This document shows positions 1-19,718 of a stretch of DNA of 64,000 nucleotides, in pieces (the first letter of the stretch is position 1; the number at the start of each line of letters is the position of its first letter). Both the position numbers and the translations under genes were made by a program. The notes under the pieces were generated by a model. That model saw nothing but the letters and a program-made list of their open reading frames with translations, had not been told where the DNA came from and did no database searches. The DNA is from the human T2T-CHM13v2.0 reference genome, Homo sapiens: the NCBI RefSeq assembly GCF_009914755.1, contig NC_060941.1; one strand, 5' to 3'.

Positions 1-519
1 CCCCACCACTCACCTAACAAAGTATCAACTCCAAGAGCTATGAAAATCAGTGCCCTGACTCCTACAAAGCCTGAGTCATGAGATGGGGGAAAGGGCGTGA
101 AGCCGAAAGTACAGATGTTCACAGGAAATCCCAACCCTTCAAGCCTGATGTCTCATCTTTTGCAAGCAGCTAAGGAGCTTTTCACATACCATCATTAAAA
201 CAAGACCCATGGGAGGAAGCTGGCTGCAGGATGAAGAGGAAAAAACAGAAGACTAGTACACTCAAGACATACCAGAGAAGATCCATTTCATAAATATTTA
301 TTGTGTGCCTGAGGTGCCAAGCACTAGGCTAGGTATGCTGTGGCCAAGGCCAGGGGACCTCTGGTAAGCCAGAGCGGGGCAAAAGCAAACAGAGCGGAAC
401 TCCACTCCACTGTGATAACTTGCAAAAGATTAGTTCTGCTGTTCGCCACCGTGCTGGATGCAGCACCAGAGACAGGACGACACGAGGACCCAGAGGGCGC
501 CGCCATGCTCATTTCAGAA

Positions 520-822
520 GGTGCAGCCTCCGTGTCCGTGGGTCCGCACCCATGGAGGCAACTAACCGTGGATCAAAAATATTCAGGAAAAAAAAATGGA
601 AAATATACAAGAAAAAATAATACAAATTTAAAAACCAACACAGCACAAGAACTATTTACACAGCATTTACATGGTATGAGGTATTTGAGTAGCGCAGAGA
701 TGAGTTAAAGGATACCTGAGGATGTGCATAGGTTACATGTAAGGGATTTGAGCATCATCCATGGACAGGTATTCAGGGAGGCTCCAGGAACCAATCCCCA
801 TTGGACAGTGAGAAGCAACTGT
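520..822 (+). mobile_element. Tigger4 (Zombi/MER46-type) MITE
   Basis: CCTCCGTGTCCGTGGGTCCGCACCCATGGA...GGAACCAATCCCC...CAACTG-TA. Confidence 0.7.
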
Positions 823-2711
823 AATTCCGTTTTTCTATGTAGAGATAAAAACAAATTCAGTGGATTTAAGGCTGGGCCAGTCAACTGAGCCTGATTCCCC
901 CAGTCTGAATGATGAGTGGGACTCTGAATTCCTTTGACAGAGGTGGACCCATTCAATCATCAGTGAAATGGGGTCCCCACAGCCAAAAGTTTCCACAGGA
1001 CTCTTTACCTCCTTTCCCCACCCCAAGTGAGTTGTCAGAGGACCTCTCCTGAACTCACAGAACAGGTCCAATCAAGTTCCACCTCCCCATTCATGTCCTT
1101 TCCAGAAGCTGGGCGCGGTGGCTCACGCCCTAAGTTCCAGCTACGTGGGAGGCTGAGACAGGAGAATCGCCTGAGCCCAGGATTTCAAGGCCAGCCTGGG
1201 CAACATAGCAAGATACTGTCTCAAAAAAAAAAAAAAAAAAAATTGCAGCCTCACATGATGTCATAGCTGGAAGAGCTGGGATCATGGGGTCTGACCTCCC
1301 AAGAGAAGGTGTATCCAAGGTCACAAAGCTGCCAAGCATCAGCTAGGTTGAGAAGTGGCCTGGTCCTCCTCTTTGGCTGGCTGGGCCAGGCCTGGGGAAG
1401 TGCTATCAGTGTGGGGTGTTGAGTCCCTGAAAGCCTCCCAGAAGTGGGTGAAGATGGAGAGGGAACTCCACCCCTCCTCGTTAAAGACAGGAATAATCAT
1501 TCACTTTGCTTAGTGGTCCCCAATAAACAAGCTTAGCAGATAAGCGGGAAGACAGGGAAAGGGAATCAGACTTGGGATCCAGGAGCTCGCAGGACCCTGT
1601 TCTGCCCCAGGCCACTCAGGAATGGAGAGCTGCTAGCTGGACCTGGGTAGGTCACCATTACTCACTGGGGCTTTTGTCTGGCATGAAAGGTGACGGGAGA
1701 AAGGGGCAGATTTTTATCCAGGCAGCCACCGTGGGTGTGGACACTGAGTAATAAGGAAAGAAATGCAGTTCAGAAGCAAAGAGGGAGGAGCCAGGTCCTC
1801 TGAGCTCTTCTGAGAAACCAGAGCCCAGTCGAGCTCTGCAGCTAGAGTGGCAGCTGCGGATGACAGTGGGTCAGAAGCTTGGTGGGAGGAGGCTGACCCA
1901 GCGGAAAGGCACAGGAGACGGATGACGATGTCAGGGATTCCTTTAAAGGAAAAAAGAGGTGGCTTTATGACAGCAAAACTAATTCAGGTCAAGGGAGTGG
2001 GACTGGGCAGAAGTTATGAGTAAAGCCGGGTGGAGTCTTGCCATGGGAGTCAAGAGTCCGCTGGATCACGCAGGGGTGGGGACATGGTGATAGGGAAGAA
2101 ACCTCCCAGGACCGACGGGCTGCAATGTGATCAGTGCCCCACACAAAGGACTAAGGTCTATATCCCAGCAGCCCCAGTTCACACCCAAATGCAAGGCTGT
2201 AGCATCAAGTCTTGAAAGCCCAAGAGATCAGCAGCCTATGCCAGGAATGAGGCTCTCTCTGGAGGCAAGGCCGAGAGCAGTGGCCGGTCACTGGCTGCAC
2301 AGCCCAGAGCAGATACCACAGAGCCAGGGCTCAGCTCCAGGTGCACTATGAGATCTCTCCCCAAGGCCCCAGGGCCCACTGGGAAAGGACACACCACTGC
2401 TGCCCAGCCTGCTCCACTCCCTGTGCCATCAGGGACACCTCAGTGGGGAGTGCTAGAGCTTCCCAGCGCCCTCTCTGATGAGTTAGTCTGAAATAATGCT
2501 GAACCACTGGTAAAAGACAGGTCCTTAAACTTCACACCATACAGCAATGTAAATTCAAATGCTAAATGTAAAAAATAAAACTAAAATAGCCATAATAAAA
2601 TATAGGAAAACATTTTTCAGCTCTAGGGTGGTGAAGGAGTTTCTACCCATAAAGGCAAACAAAGAAAATATAAAAGCACAGTGTGATAGATTTGATTACC
2701 TCTAAAAGCTA

Positions 2712-3761
<1,050 letters not shown>

Positions 3762-4025
3762 TCACAATACTGACAGCATGTGAGGAAAACAGGGTTGCTA
3801 CTATTAGCAGGGCTTGTCGCTGGGCAGTGTGGTTACCACTAATTTTTATTTGTACAAGTTTTCTGAAACATGTTAACTTTATAATAAGAAAAAAGTTATA
3901 TTACTAAATGAAAAAGATTATAAAACACTAAGATACCATATGATCCATAATTTCTATGTAAAAAATATGCATATAAAATAGACAACAAAATGTAAAATAA
4001 TTTGATTTGAATAGTAGAATTCTAG

Positions 4026-5449
<1,424 letters not shown>

Positions 5450-6097
5450 CTATTTCCCATCCTACTCTTTCTTTTGAAAGCTTCCAGTTCACTCCCCAAA
5501 CAAAGCAGATTTCATCTTGTTCTCTGCCCAAAATACCTAAATCTACTCTTTCTACTTCTTTACTCTGAAGCTCCCCGGAACTCGCTGAGGCCATTACAGA
5601 GCTCTATCGGGCTGGACTGGGGAGAGGTTTCTAAGGTGGAATTGGTGGGATTTAGTGGAAGACTTTACACCTGGTGGGAAAGGAGGGGGAAGAACAGAGA
5701 TTTGTCCTCTGGAGAGCTGGGTGGATGGTGAGCAAGGCAACAGGAGAAGCAGGTGCAGACAATCAGAGGAGTTTCACACGGCCATGGGCCGGCGGGTGAG
5801 GAATGAGGATGCTGGAAGTTCAGGATGGGTCTGGATCTGGGCACAATGAATGTATGAGGAGTGGTTGAAGAAACTGGCGTGGATGAGGTCAGCCAGCAGT
5901 GGGAGAAAGAGCAAGCAGGCCCATGGGTAGACTCCTTCGGACTCCTCCCTTAAGAGGTGGGAAGGACCCTAAAACAGGGAAACAGGCAGCAAGCCGACCA
6001 GTAGCTCCAGTGAGAGGGTCGTGGAGGCAGGAAGACACAGGCAGTTCTACTCCTGGTGGCAGAAGTGGTCACTGACAAACGGTTTACCGCAAATTGT

Positions 6098-7290
<1,193 letters not shown>

Positions 7291-7622
7291 CCCACATTTG
7301 GCCTTGAAGGCAGGAATCTGGGACAAATATGTGTGAAGTAAGGATCCTGTGTCAGACCAGACAGGGACTCCCCTTTTCCCAGCAGGAGACACAGTTTCCA
7401 AATGGCCAGTCTCTGGGCACAGGCCCCTGCTCACCAGTGTCCCAGGAGGGGGCCTGCTCAGCAGTGCCCTCTGGGCCACATTCTCATTCTCTCTCTGGAC
7501 AGCAGCAGCACAAGCTGCCATTTCCCTGGGGCCTGACTGGCTCCTCGAGCCAGCCAAGTGCCCCAGCTGGGAACTTCCTGGCTCTGGTTTTTAGATTCTG
7601 GGGCCACATTCCCTGAATGGGT

Positions 7623-7636
7623 CCACCAGATGGCAG
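7623..7636 (+). promoter_or_regulatory. Candidate CTCF site CCACCAGATGGCAG
   Basis: Matches the CTCF core consensus CCASYAGRKGGCRS at all positions, in unique sequence. Confidence 0.55.
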
Positions 7637-7991
7637 GCAGCCTTTCCTCTTCCCAGACTGATACTAGTTCACACACCCTGCCCGGGGAGGAGGCCTGGCT
7701 GTTTTTCTGGCAATTGCTACCTTCTCCAGGAAGCTCAAAAAGCACATCAGTTTTGTGTTGTTCTGTAAGTGAAATATCTGGAGCTGCCTTATTTTAAAAA
7801 AATAATTAAACCTCTCTTTCATTATACAATTATGTATTGCCAAAGAATAATTCACCTAATAATCAGTTATTTCCTATTGATTCTGGTCCAACATGTACTT
7901 TAACTAGACATTTTATTTTGCGCTTTCACTAACTACATAATTACCTGCACTACTGCCAAATACAAAGTTCTGTGAAGATTTGGTAGCATAA

Positions 7992-8357
<366 letters not shown>

Positions 8358-10068
8358 TGAAGATTTGGTAGCATAAATGAAGAATTCTAAGTAATTCCAC
8401 TGACTACATGTCACTCGTTCATCATAGGCTGGAAAATAATATTACCTTGAAGTGCTAAACTGTGAGGGTGAAAGATGCTTTTTTCCTTCCCCGTGTTGTA
8501 TCACTGCAGCCCCCTCCCTAGAGGTGGGTCAGACGAGCCTGGAAGTACATTTCCACATGAAGTGCGGCACTTGCTATAGACTTTTGAGTTCCGGCACAAG
8601 ATCCCAGTCTTGGCTTCTTGGACCTGAGTTCGAATCCCATTTCTATGACTGAGCTCCGTGGATAACCTTACAGCAAGTCACTGACACTCTCTGAGCTTCC
8701 CTTTCCTTCAGCCACCACCTAGGAACGTCACACAGGCTGACGGGGTTACTAAATGAGACAGTGTGTGTGGAAGGTGGACCATCAATATTGGCCCCCAGTC
8801 CTCCCTCCATCACATCAAGTATGGGTTTTGCTCTTTGTCAACGGTGGTACTTTACACCTACAGACATACACGTGAGGTCTCAGCCTTTTCATCTGAGTCT
8901 ACTGGTAGAAGGTTTTCTGAATGGAAATGGACAATTCAAAGAATCGGAAGAGGAGCAAGTGTTTCCACCCTCTGCTGAGATTTCAGTCCTTCTTGCACTT
9001 AAGCACTGCTCTAAATGTGAAGCGACAATTCCTCATCTGTGGCACGAGGAAGACAAGGCTTAGTAAACGGACTTACCCTGTGCAAGGAATGGAACTGGAC
9101 GGGAACCCAGGTCTGAACGTCGAAGTCTGTGCTCTTTCCTGCCTCTTGCTCCCCTAGGGTGGGTGGAAAAGAGTCTTGGGTTTACACCTGCCTGGCCCTC
9201 TCAGAGCACCATTTGCGAGCCAGTTCTGCCAAGTCCGACTGTACTTTTCCTCTACCCCTTCTCCTTTCAGTTCCCCTGTGAGGGAAGCACCCACAATCTT
9301 CCTCTTCCCTAAGGAAACCCACGCTTCTGCTTGGATTGAGACCGGCAGACAGGCTACATCTCAAAGGGCACCTCGAGGGGCAAGGGCGTTCTGTAGTCAC
9401 AACACAGTCCGTGGAGTACAAAGCACAGCCTCCACCAGGCAGCATTAGCTGCTCCAACCAGGAATTTAAAACACCAACCGCTGTTTTAGTCATTTGGCTG
9501 AGCCACAGCAGAGCATGTGAATGTCACAGAACAGAGCAGGAACGCCGGGGCACGTGTGATGCCCGTCATCAGTGGGGCAGGCGCCGTCCGGGCCTCTGAT
9601 ACTGCGCTGGCACTCATACCGAGAGCCGCGTACTCGGGATTACTAGAGAGGTTCGACACATCAGTGCTGCCCGCAGGAGGCAGGAGTCAGTTCATTCTAT
9701 TCAGCCTCTTCTGGGTTTTACCGAGGTTAGTGCCCATTCAGCAAACCAAGTCTCCTGTGCACCAACTTCCCTAAAAAGGCCGTGACCCTTTCCTGAGGGG
9801 ACCCCCTCTATCGCCATAAACCTGCTGCACCTTTGAAATGCTCCTTCTTCCAGAGGGCTCTTGACTTACTTTTCCCACCTGGCCCCTTCTCCTCCTATGT
9901 GCACAACTGCTGGGCGGCCACATCTGATCCTGTACCAGAAACATAAGGGGAGACGGGATCCTCCTTGAGCCCACACAGACCCCAGCGTTCTCCCCAGAAA
10001 CGCCCCTTGTGAGAAGCAAGGCCGGCTAACCGACAGCATCTACACCACACAGAACCCTCACCTTCTGA

Positions 10069-10461
<393 letters not shown>

Positions 10462-10746
10462 TTCTGAACCCAGCTGCTTTCTTGGAGATCTTGGTATTAC
10501 TCCTGGCTTTTGGAAAGTTACTGTTTGAAGATCACTCAGCATTTCCCCTCCAGTATCTTCATTAACTAGATATCAAGAAAAACTGGATCCAAAGGACTGG
10601 CCCAACCTGGATATATTCTAGAGTAGAAGGACAGCTGGAAAGAATAGAAAAAACAGTCAGCTGGGACCATTAAAAAAACATTAAAAAGTCGAAAGGGATT
10701 ATACCAGGTAAAGAGACCATGGCTAGTGTTTTTTTCTCTTTCTACT

Positions 10747-10766
10747 TTTATTTTTCAAATTTTATT
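10747..10766 (-). terminator. Tandem polyadenylation signals AATAAA (10761-10766 and 10747-10752)
   Basis: TTTATT occurs twice on the plus strand. On the mRNA strand two UGUA motifs lie 20-35 nt upstream and a U-rich tract lies downstream (~10670-10690). Confidence 0.8.
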
Positions 10767-11715
10767 TCTGTGAAAATGTATTTGTTTACATAAAAATACA
10801 AATCTGGGTAGCAACTGGGTATTTCAAGAAAACACCGTGGACAGACTTGTCTCCATTCCCACGGGGAAGTGAAGGCGCTTTGATAAAAGGGCCAAGGGTG
10901 CCCTCGTGTGGCCACGGAGGGAAATGCCGCGGCTTCAGCAGAAAGGAGGGGCTCCAGGAGCTGGTCGTGAAGTCATCAGCTCCCTTCTTTCAAAAGGCCT
11001 CGGATTTCCCACAGGCTTTTCCATCTTTTCCACTCCTTGCAGTTTTGTTATTCCTGTCACAACTTAGAAGTTCGAGTGCTCACATGGTAAGCTTTGATTT
11101 CCATCGAGAGGAAAGGCTTTATGTTTTATAAAAAATATATACTAAAGTAATCTACACGAAGCTTAGGATGAGTTGAAAGGGTACTGCCAAAACGCGGCCC
11201 TGCCCAGGACACACAGCAGAGGTCTGGAGTGGGGACAGTGCGGCCAGCATGTGTGGGGAAGGAAGCAGGCTGACGGAGGCAAAGCAGATTCCGAAGAACA
11301 AAAGCAGCTTTAGTTTGCCTGGGCAACAGGCTCAACTTCTGTCTCCACTTCAGTTATCAGGAGACCAGAAGCCGATTCTAGGGACCAGAAGAGAATGTAG
11401 GGTCACATCACCAAGATTTAATTTCATACCAACCCCGCAACATGAATGTGACCTCCGGACACCGGGAGAGTAACACTCAAGGTTATGACATATGAGTCAA
11501 TAACCCATTTCTTCAAAGAAAAACTTGCCCACCTGTACCAGAGGTATATGCTATGAAACAACACACAATTATAAAGCATATGCATGACCAAAACAATGCT
11601 TAGATGTCCTTTAAAAATATTTTCAATGTTCTCTCACTAGGTAGCCTAAGAAAATCTTCTCAGGGAAGGAAATGGAAACATCCAAATGCACAGAAGGCAC
11701 TCGGCTCCAGACTGA

Positions 11716-12042
<327 letters not shown>

Positions 12043-12884
12043 ACGGTCACGGATTTTTTAAAACTCTAAGGTCATTAGCTTGACATCTATAAAATCTCCT
12101 CCATGACATGAAGCCTTAAACCTAGGGACAGAAACACACTGAGACACAGAAACACCTTCTGTGCTTCAATACACAGAGCATTCTCTGGAAATCCCTACGA
12201 CACAGGCTTAAAGGCCAGTGCTGTGCCTGAAAGACATTTTGAACAGGCAAGGAGTGTAAGCTAATACACTACTGTTACAACATGGACAAATACTTGTAAG
12301 ATGTTAAATGAACAAAGGACCAGAATACAAAACTGAATACGCAGCATGAGGACAACCAAAGTTAAACCCACACACTCACACACCCCGTCTACAGAGAGAC
12401 TAGAAAGGAACACGCCAATGCCAAGAGTGGTTATGTTACAGAAGGTTGGGACTCGGGGTGATTTTGTTGTTTTGACTTTCATTTTTCCAAATCTTTAATG
12501 AGCATGTGCCACTCTTTCATAATGAAACAAGCAAACAATAAGTACTTACTACTTACTGAATGAATAGTTGCCACTTAAACAATTATCCTAAAATTATACC
12601 AAGGAAACTAGGTTTGGGCCCAGCAAATGACTCAAATGTAATATTCACTCGAGGTAAGGACAGTGGGGTGGTGTGGGCTGGCACAGCAGAAAATTTCTAG
12701 ACCAGGGGAATCCACGGTCCTGAATTGAGTCTTGGCTCTGTGTGACCCTGGGTATTGTTTTTTGCAGCCTGACACATGAATGCTTGGACTAGAATAATGA
12801 TTCTTAATCCTTAGTGGGTTATTGACCCCTTTGTCTGTGTCTGTGTCTGAGGGTTCTGGGAACCCTCTCTCCAGGAAAAAAAAT

Positions 12885-12909
12885 ACACACACACACACAC
12901 ACACACACA
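12885..12909. repeat. (CA)~12 microsatellite in the 3'UTR ((UG)n in the mRNA)
   Basis: Read directly from the sequence. Confidence 0.9.
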
Positions 12910-12938
12910 TGCTCACAGAGCTTTTAGAAGTAACTCTA

Positions 12939-13295
<357 letters not shown>

Positions 13296-13849
13296 AAGCC
13301 ACTGGTCAGTATGCTGCCTTCTCCAGCTCCAGCTCCACAGCCAAGTTAAGGCACAGCAGTTCCGCTTCCTGTGTCTCTGCCGAGGGCCTGATCTAGCTGC
13401 TGCCAAGACATGCCAAGGTCACCAGCTTCCCGTCCTGACCAACAGCCACCTCTCAGAAGGCTGGCTTAACTACTCAGCCCCAGTCTTCTTAGCAGATGGC
13501 AAGGAGCTCTGGCCAAGATTTTAGTCTAAACAGAACCCTAGGCTGCTGATGCAACATCAAGCACAGCAAAAGGTCACCCCTTTCCGGGGGGACGGCTACT
13601 GAACCCTGGCATTCCAATTAGAAACGTGTTTCAAGGACACAGTTACTCCGGCCTCAGAACTCTCCAATGTGAGTAGGTAAGTACAGGGGGGATTACAAGT
13701 GAAGCCACAAAAAAACAGTATTTGATCAGCAACAAAATATCTGAGACTTTCTTAAGCTACCTACGGCACATACTATTTTGTTCTATTTCTCATTTCTATC
13801 ATCAGCCGCTCACTCAGCTAACCCCAGGATTCAAATAGGACCGCTGGTT

Positions 13850-13855
13850 TTTAAT
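13850..13855 (-). terminator. Candidate proximal poly(A) signal ATTAAA
   Basis: TTTAAT on the plus strand, with a U-rich upstream element (CUUGUUUUGUUUUU) on the mRNA strand. Confidence 0.35.
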
Positions 13856-14654
13856 TTGTGAATATTCTTATTTAAAAACAAAACAAGCTCTACTTCAGAT
13901 GTCCAAACAAAAATCACACAGTAGTAAAACTGCTACAAAATGGTACTGTCAACAGGCTGGAGGTGGGGGTATGGGTGCCTTCTGTGTGCCTCAGTCACAC
14001 CGGGGAGTTTTGCTTACCTAATTCTGCTTCTGAAATAAGCAACATCAAAACAGCCAGGTGTCAGGAATGTGCCATTTACCGGGTGGTCCCCAGACTCTGC
14101 TGCTCCTTCCCAGCATTACTAAGGTTTCTCTCCCAGATTCCCCACCACCCACCATACAGCTCCCTTTGTGGGATTGATGCAAGGTAGGCCCCATCTTGAA
14201 GAGTGACCTAGAACAGGGTACCAGGGCCTCCAGCTGGAGGCAGAGAGAGCCACCCCTCCTCAAGAAACACCCTTGGGTGACAGAGACAGCATGATATTCT
14301 AGGCAGTGCTGCCCAGCCCAGACTCCACAAACAACCCTTCTGACCTTGCAGAGGCAGTCCAGAGCTGAGGGGCCAGCTTGAGCCAGCTTGCAATCCCTCG
14401 GGAGTTTACTGAGGGCTTTCTGTTGTTACTGATGACCACAATTCCTCCTTGTAAATGACCACACTACGACTCCCTGTAACTCAAAAAGCGGGAAGGAGGC
14501 GGGGGGAGGTGGGGGACAGATTCATAGGTTTTTGTTTTCGAAGATAATTCCACATCGTGCTACTAATGGGCCGCTGGTAGGATTCCTCTTGCCACCCCAC
14601 AGGCCACTCCAAAGCAAGTTACTATCAACACGTTTCCAACTGTGCAGGAGGTTT

Positions 14655-15281
14655 CTAGTTAACTGCAACAAGCCTGAAAATTTGGTTACGTATGTAGGTG
14701 CAAAGCTGGTTCATCAGATCCCTGTTCTGGCCCTCAACCCAGTGCATCTCCACTAAGGCATCGTCCACCTCCTTCTTAACGTTTATCAAACACTTAAACA
14801 GGTACTGTCCGGCCACTCCTGGGAGACGTTTCCCCCTTTCAGCCACTGGGCTGCCGAACTGCTCAGAAGCCTCTTGGTCCTGGGCTCCGTTGCTAGAGCC
14901 TTGACAACTTTCCAAAACCTCCACCCCTCCCTTTTCCTCACTCCTTTCATCCTCCGTGGGTTCCGGGTTTTCCTCCTGGGACAGGGACTCCTGGCTCGGG
15001 CACGGGCCCTCCACAGCGGCAGCCTCGCCTTCCCGCAGAGCAGGCCCACAGGGGGTCCTCTCCTGGGGGCCCCTGGCCAGTTCTTGGCTATTGCCAGACT
15101 CTTTGGGGGTGGGCTTTTTCTCTTCCAAGGCCTGAATGACGTCCTCAGGAGCTCGGGGAACTTCTCTCAGCTGTCTCACACGCTCTCTTTTCTTTCTCCT
15201 TAAATGAATCCAGGAGTTTTCTATGGCCGTTAGGAAAAGGCTGACTTCCTCTTTTCCACAGGGAACTCGTTTATGCTGGAC
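14655..15281 (-). CDS. METTL16: METTL16 last coding exon (exon 10 CDS, 627 nt): VQHKRVPCG...RRKKRER...disordered linker...VCR2...RLVAVN*
   Basis: ORF 14655..15179 extends upstream in frame to the acceptor tccaaacag|GTC at 15281. TAG stop at 14655-14657. Exon lengths are consistent with a 562-aa protein. Confidence 0.98.
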   Translation of the reverse strand, partial: VQHKRVPCGKEEVSLFLTAIENSWIHLRRKKRERVRQLREVPRAPEDVIQALEEKKPTPKESGNSQELARGPQERTPCGPALREGEAAAVEGPCPSQESLSQEENPEPTEDERSEEKGGVEVLESCQGSSNGAQDQEASEQFGSPVAERGKRLPGVAGQYLFKCLINVKKEVDDALVEMHWVEGQNRDLMNQLCTYIRNQIFRLVAVN

Positions 15282-15415
15282 CTGTTTGGAGGAAAAACAG
15301 AATTTTGTGGGAAATCACGTTTCCCCTCTCTCCAAACTCTCAATAAAAAAAAAAAGAAAAAAGAAAAAAGAGAAGGATCATTATGAGTACTTCGTCAATA
15401 TGGTTAAGCAGGTAC

Positions 15416-15589
15416 CTTCAAATCAGTGAGAATTTTTTCAATCCATGTCGTGACAACGACTATGCCTTCCGCCGTCTCCGAGCGCAGAGGTGATGCTTTG
15501 AGGGATAATTCCTTCATCACGGACGCCAGCACCACGAATGTTATGGGTTTTCTCGGTTTCTCTAATTTTCTTCGCTTACTTGGTGGTGA
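15416..15589 (-). CDS. METTL16: METTL16 coding exon (exon 9, 174 nt): SPPSKRRKLEK...ILTDLK (basic NLS-like stretch, start of VCR1)
   Basis: ORF 15404..15595. Acceptor ttttcttgcag|TCA and donor AAG|gtacct. Confidence 0.97.
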
Positions 15590-15759
15590 CTGCAAGAAAA
15601 AGGAAGCATAGAAAAGAGAAGAAAGTTATCCGAATAATTAAACCTCATGCATTGTAATGAACTCAGAGAAAATTTCCACAACTTCTGCTACCAATCATAG
15701 AGCACTGAAAACACAAAGGGTTTTGTGTGTGTTATGTCCAGCACTTAAAACAACCCTGC

Positions 15760-17868
<2,109 letters not shown>

Positions 17869-17942
17869 TCATACTGCATACATACACAACAACCTAACCA
17901 GTTTATTCTATACTAGGAAACTGTTAGGGAAGGATAAAAAAC

Positions 17943-17947
<5 letters not shown>

Positions 17948-17991
<44 letters not shown>
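17948..17991. repeat. (GT)~22 microsatellite
   Basis: Read directly from the sequence. Confidence 0.95.
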
Positions 17992-17994
<3 letters not shown>

Positions 17995-18754
17995 AAGAAC
18001 CTGCTCTTGAGAAATGAATAGTGGACTCTAAGACCTGTCTGAACCTGAACTTGTTCAATTATGTTTCAGACAAGATGAGACAAATTCATATTGACATTAA
18101 GACAGTCATATTGTTATTACTCAATCATCCTGCATGAGAAACATAATTTCTAGTCTACTGAGAGCCTAACGCTTTGCAGTAAGGAGCTTACAATAAGCGT
18201 ATTAAGCTGGGGAAGAAGCGTATTAAGCCGGTGTGTGGGAGGATGATGGGGGTGGAGAATCAGACTCCCCATTCCCCGTCCCAACATCAAAGGCCATGAC
18301 CATGGAGAGCTCACTGCAACCTGGCCCTCCCTGCCAGCCCGCCCTGTACAGCAAAGGTCACCTACAAGCATGGCTAAAAGGGCAGCACTTCCCATCTCTT
18401 CTCACAGAAGGAGTGATCATTTTGCTCACAAATTCTGACCAGTAAAGTCAGGATATTGCTGTTTCTCATTATGCTAAAGCTGACCTGCGACACTCTTTCT
18501 CCAAAAGTAAGGACGGGCTTCATCATTTCTAGAGATTAAAATAAGAAAATACATCTTTACCAACCTGACAAGAACTCTATCAGGGATACTTTCAGAGTTC
18601 TGAGGAAGTCAGAAATCACAAAATCGACAACTTATTACCCAGTTATCTCAGGACTAAAATGAAAACTTCCCTCTCTCAAATATGGCTCCTTCACCTGCAT
18701 CCTGACCCAACTTTCCCATATACAATGGTCAGTCAACAAACTTGATATTCCTGA

Positions 18755-19097
<343 letters not shown>

Positions 19098-19370
19098 TTA
19101 TTTTTATTTTTTAAATAGAGAAGGGTCTTGCTATATTGATTGCCCAGGCTGGTCTGGAACTCATAGGCTGAAGCTCTCCATCTGCCTCAGCCTCCCAAAG
19201 TGTTCGGACTCCAGGCCTGAGCCACTGCGCCAGCTGCATTCGGAAGATTTCTAATGAACTGCTCTAGCACACACATGCACACACATCATCTCAGGACGGT
19301 CTTCAATTTGGCTTTGCTCTACTATAGAAACTAGACATTAAGAGACAGACAGGCCAGGCGCAGTGGCTCA

Positions 19371-19718
<348 letters not shown>

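Noticed and set aside
340-708. 122-aa plus-strand ORF
   Set aside because: It starts at GTG and runs into a Tigger4 MITE, with no recognisable protein features.
14698-15611. Plus-strand ORFs overlapping METTL16 exons 9-10
   Set aside because: Antisense shadows of real coding sequence.
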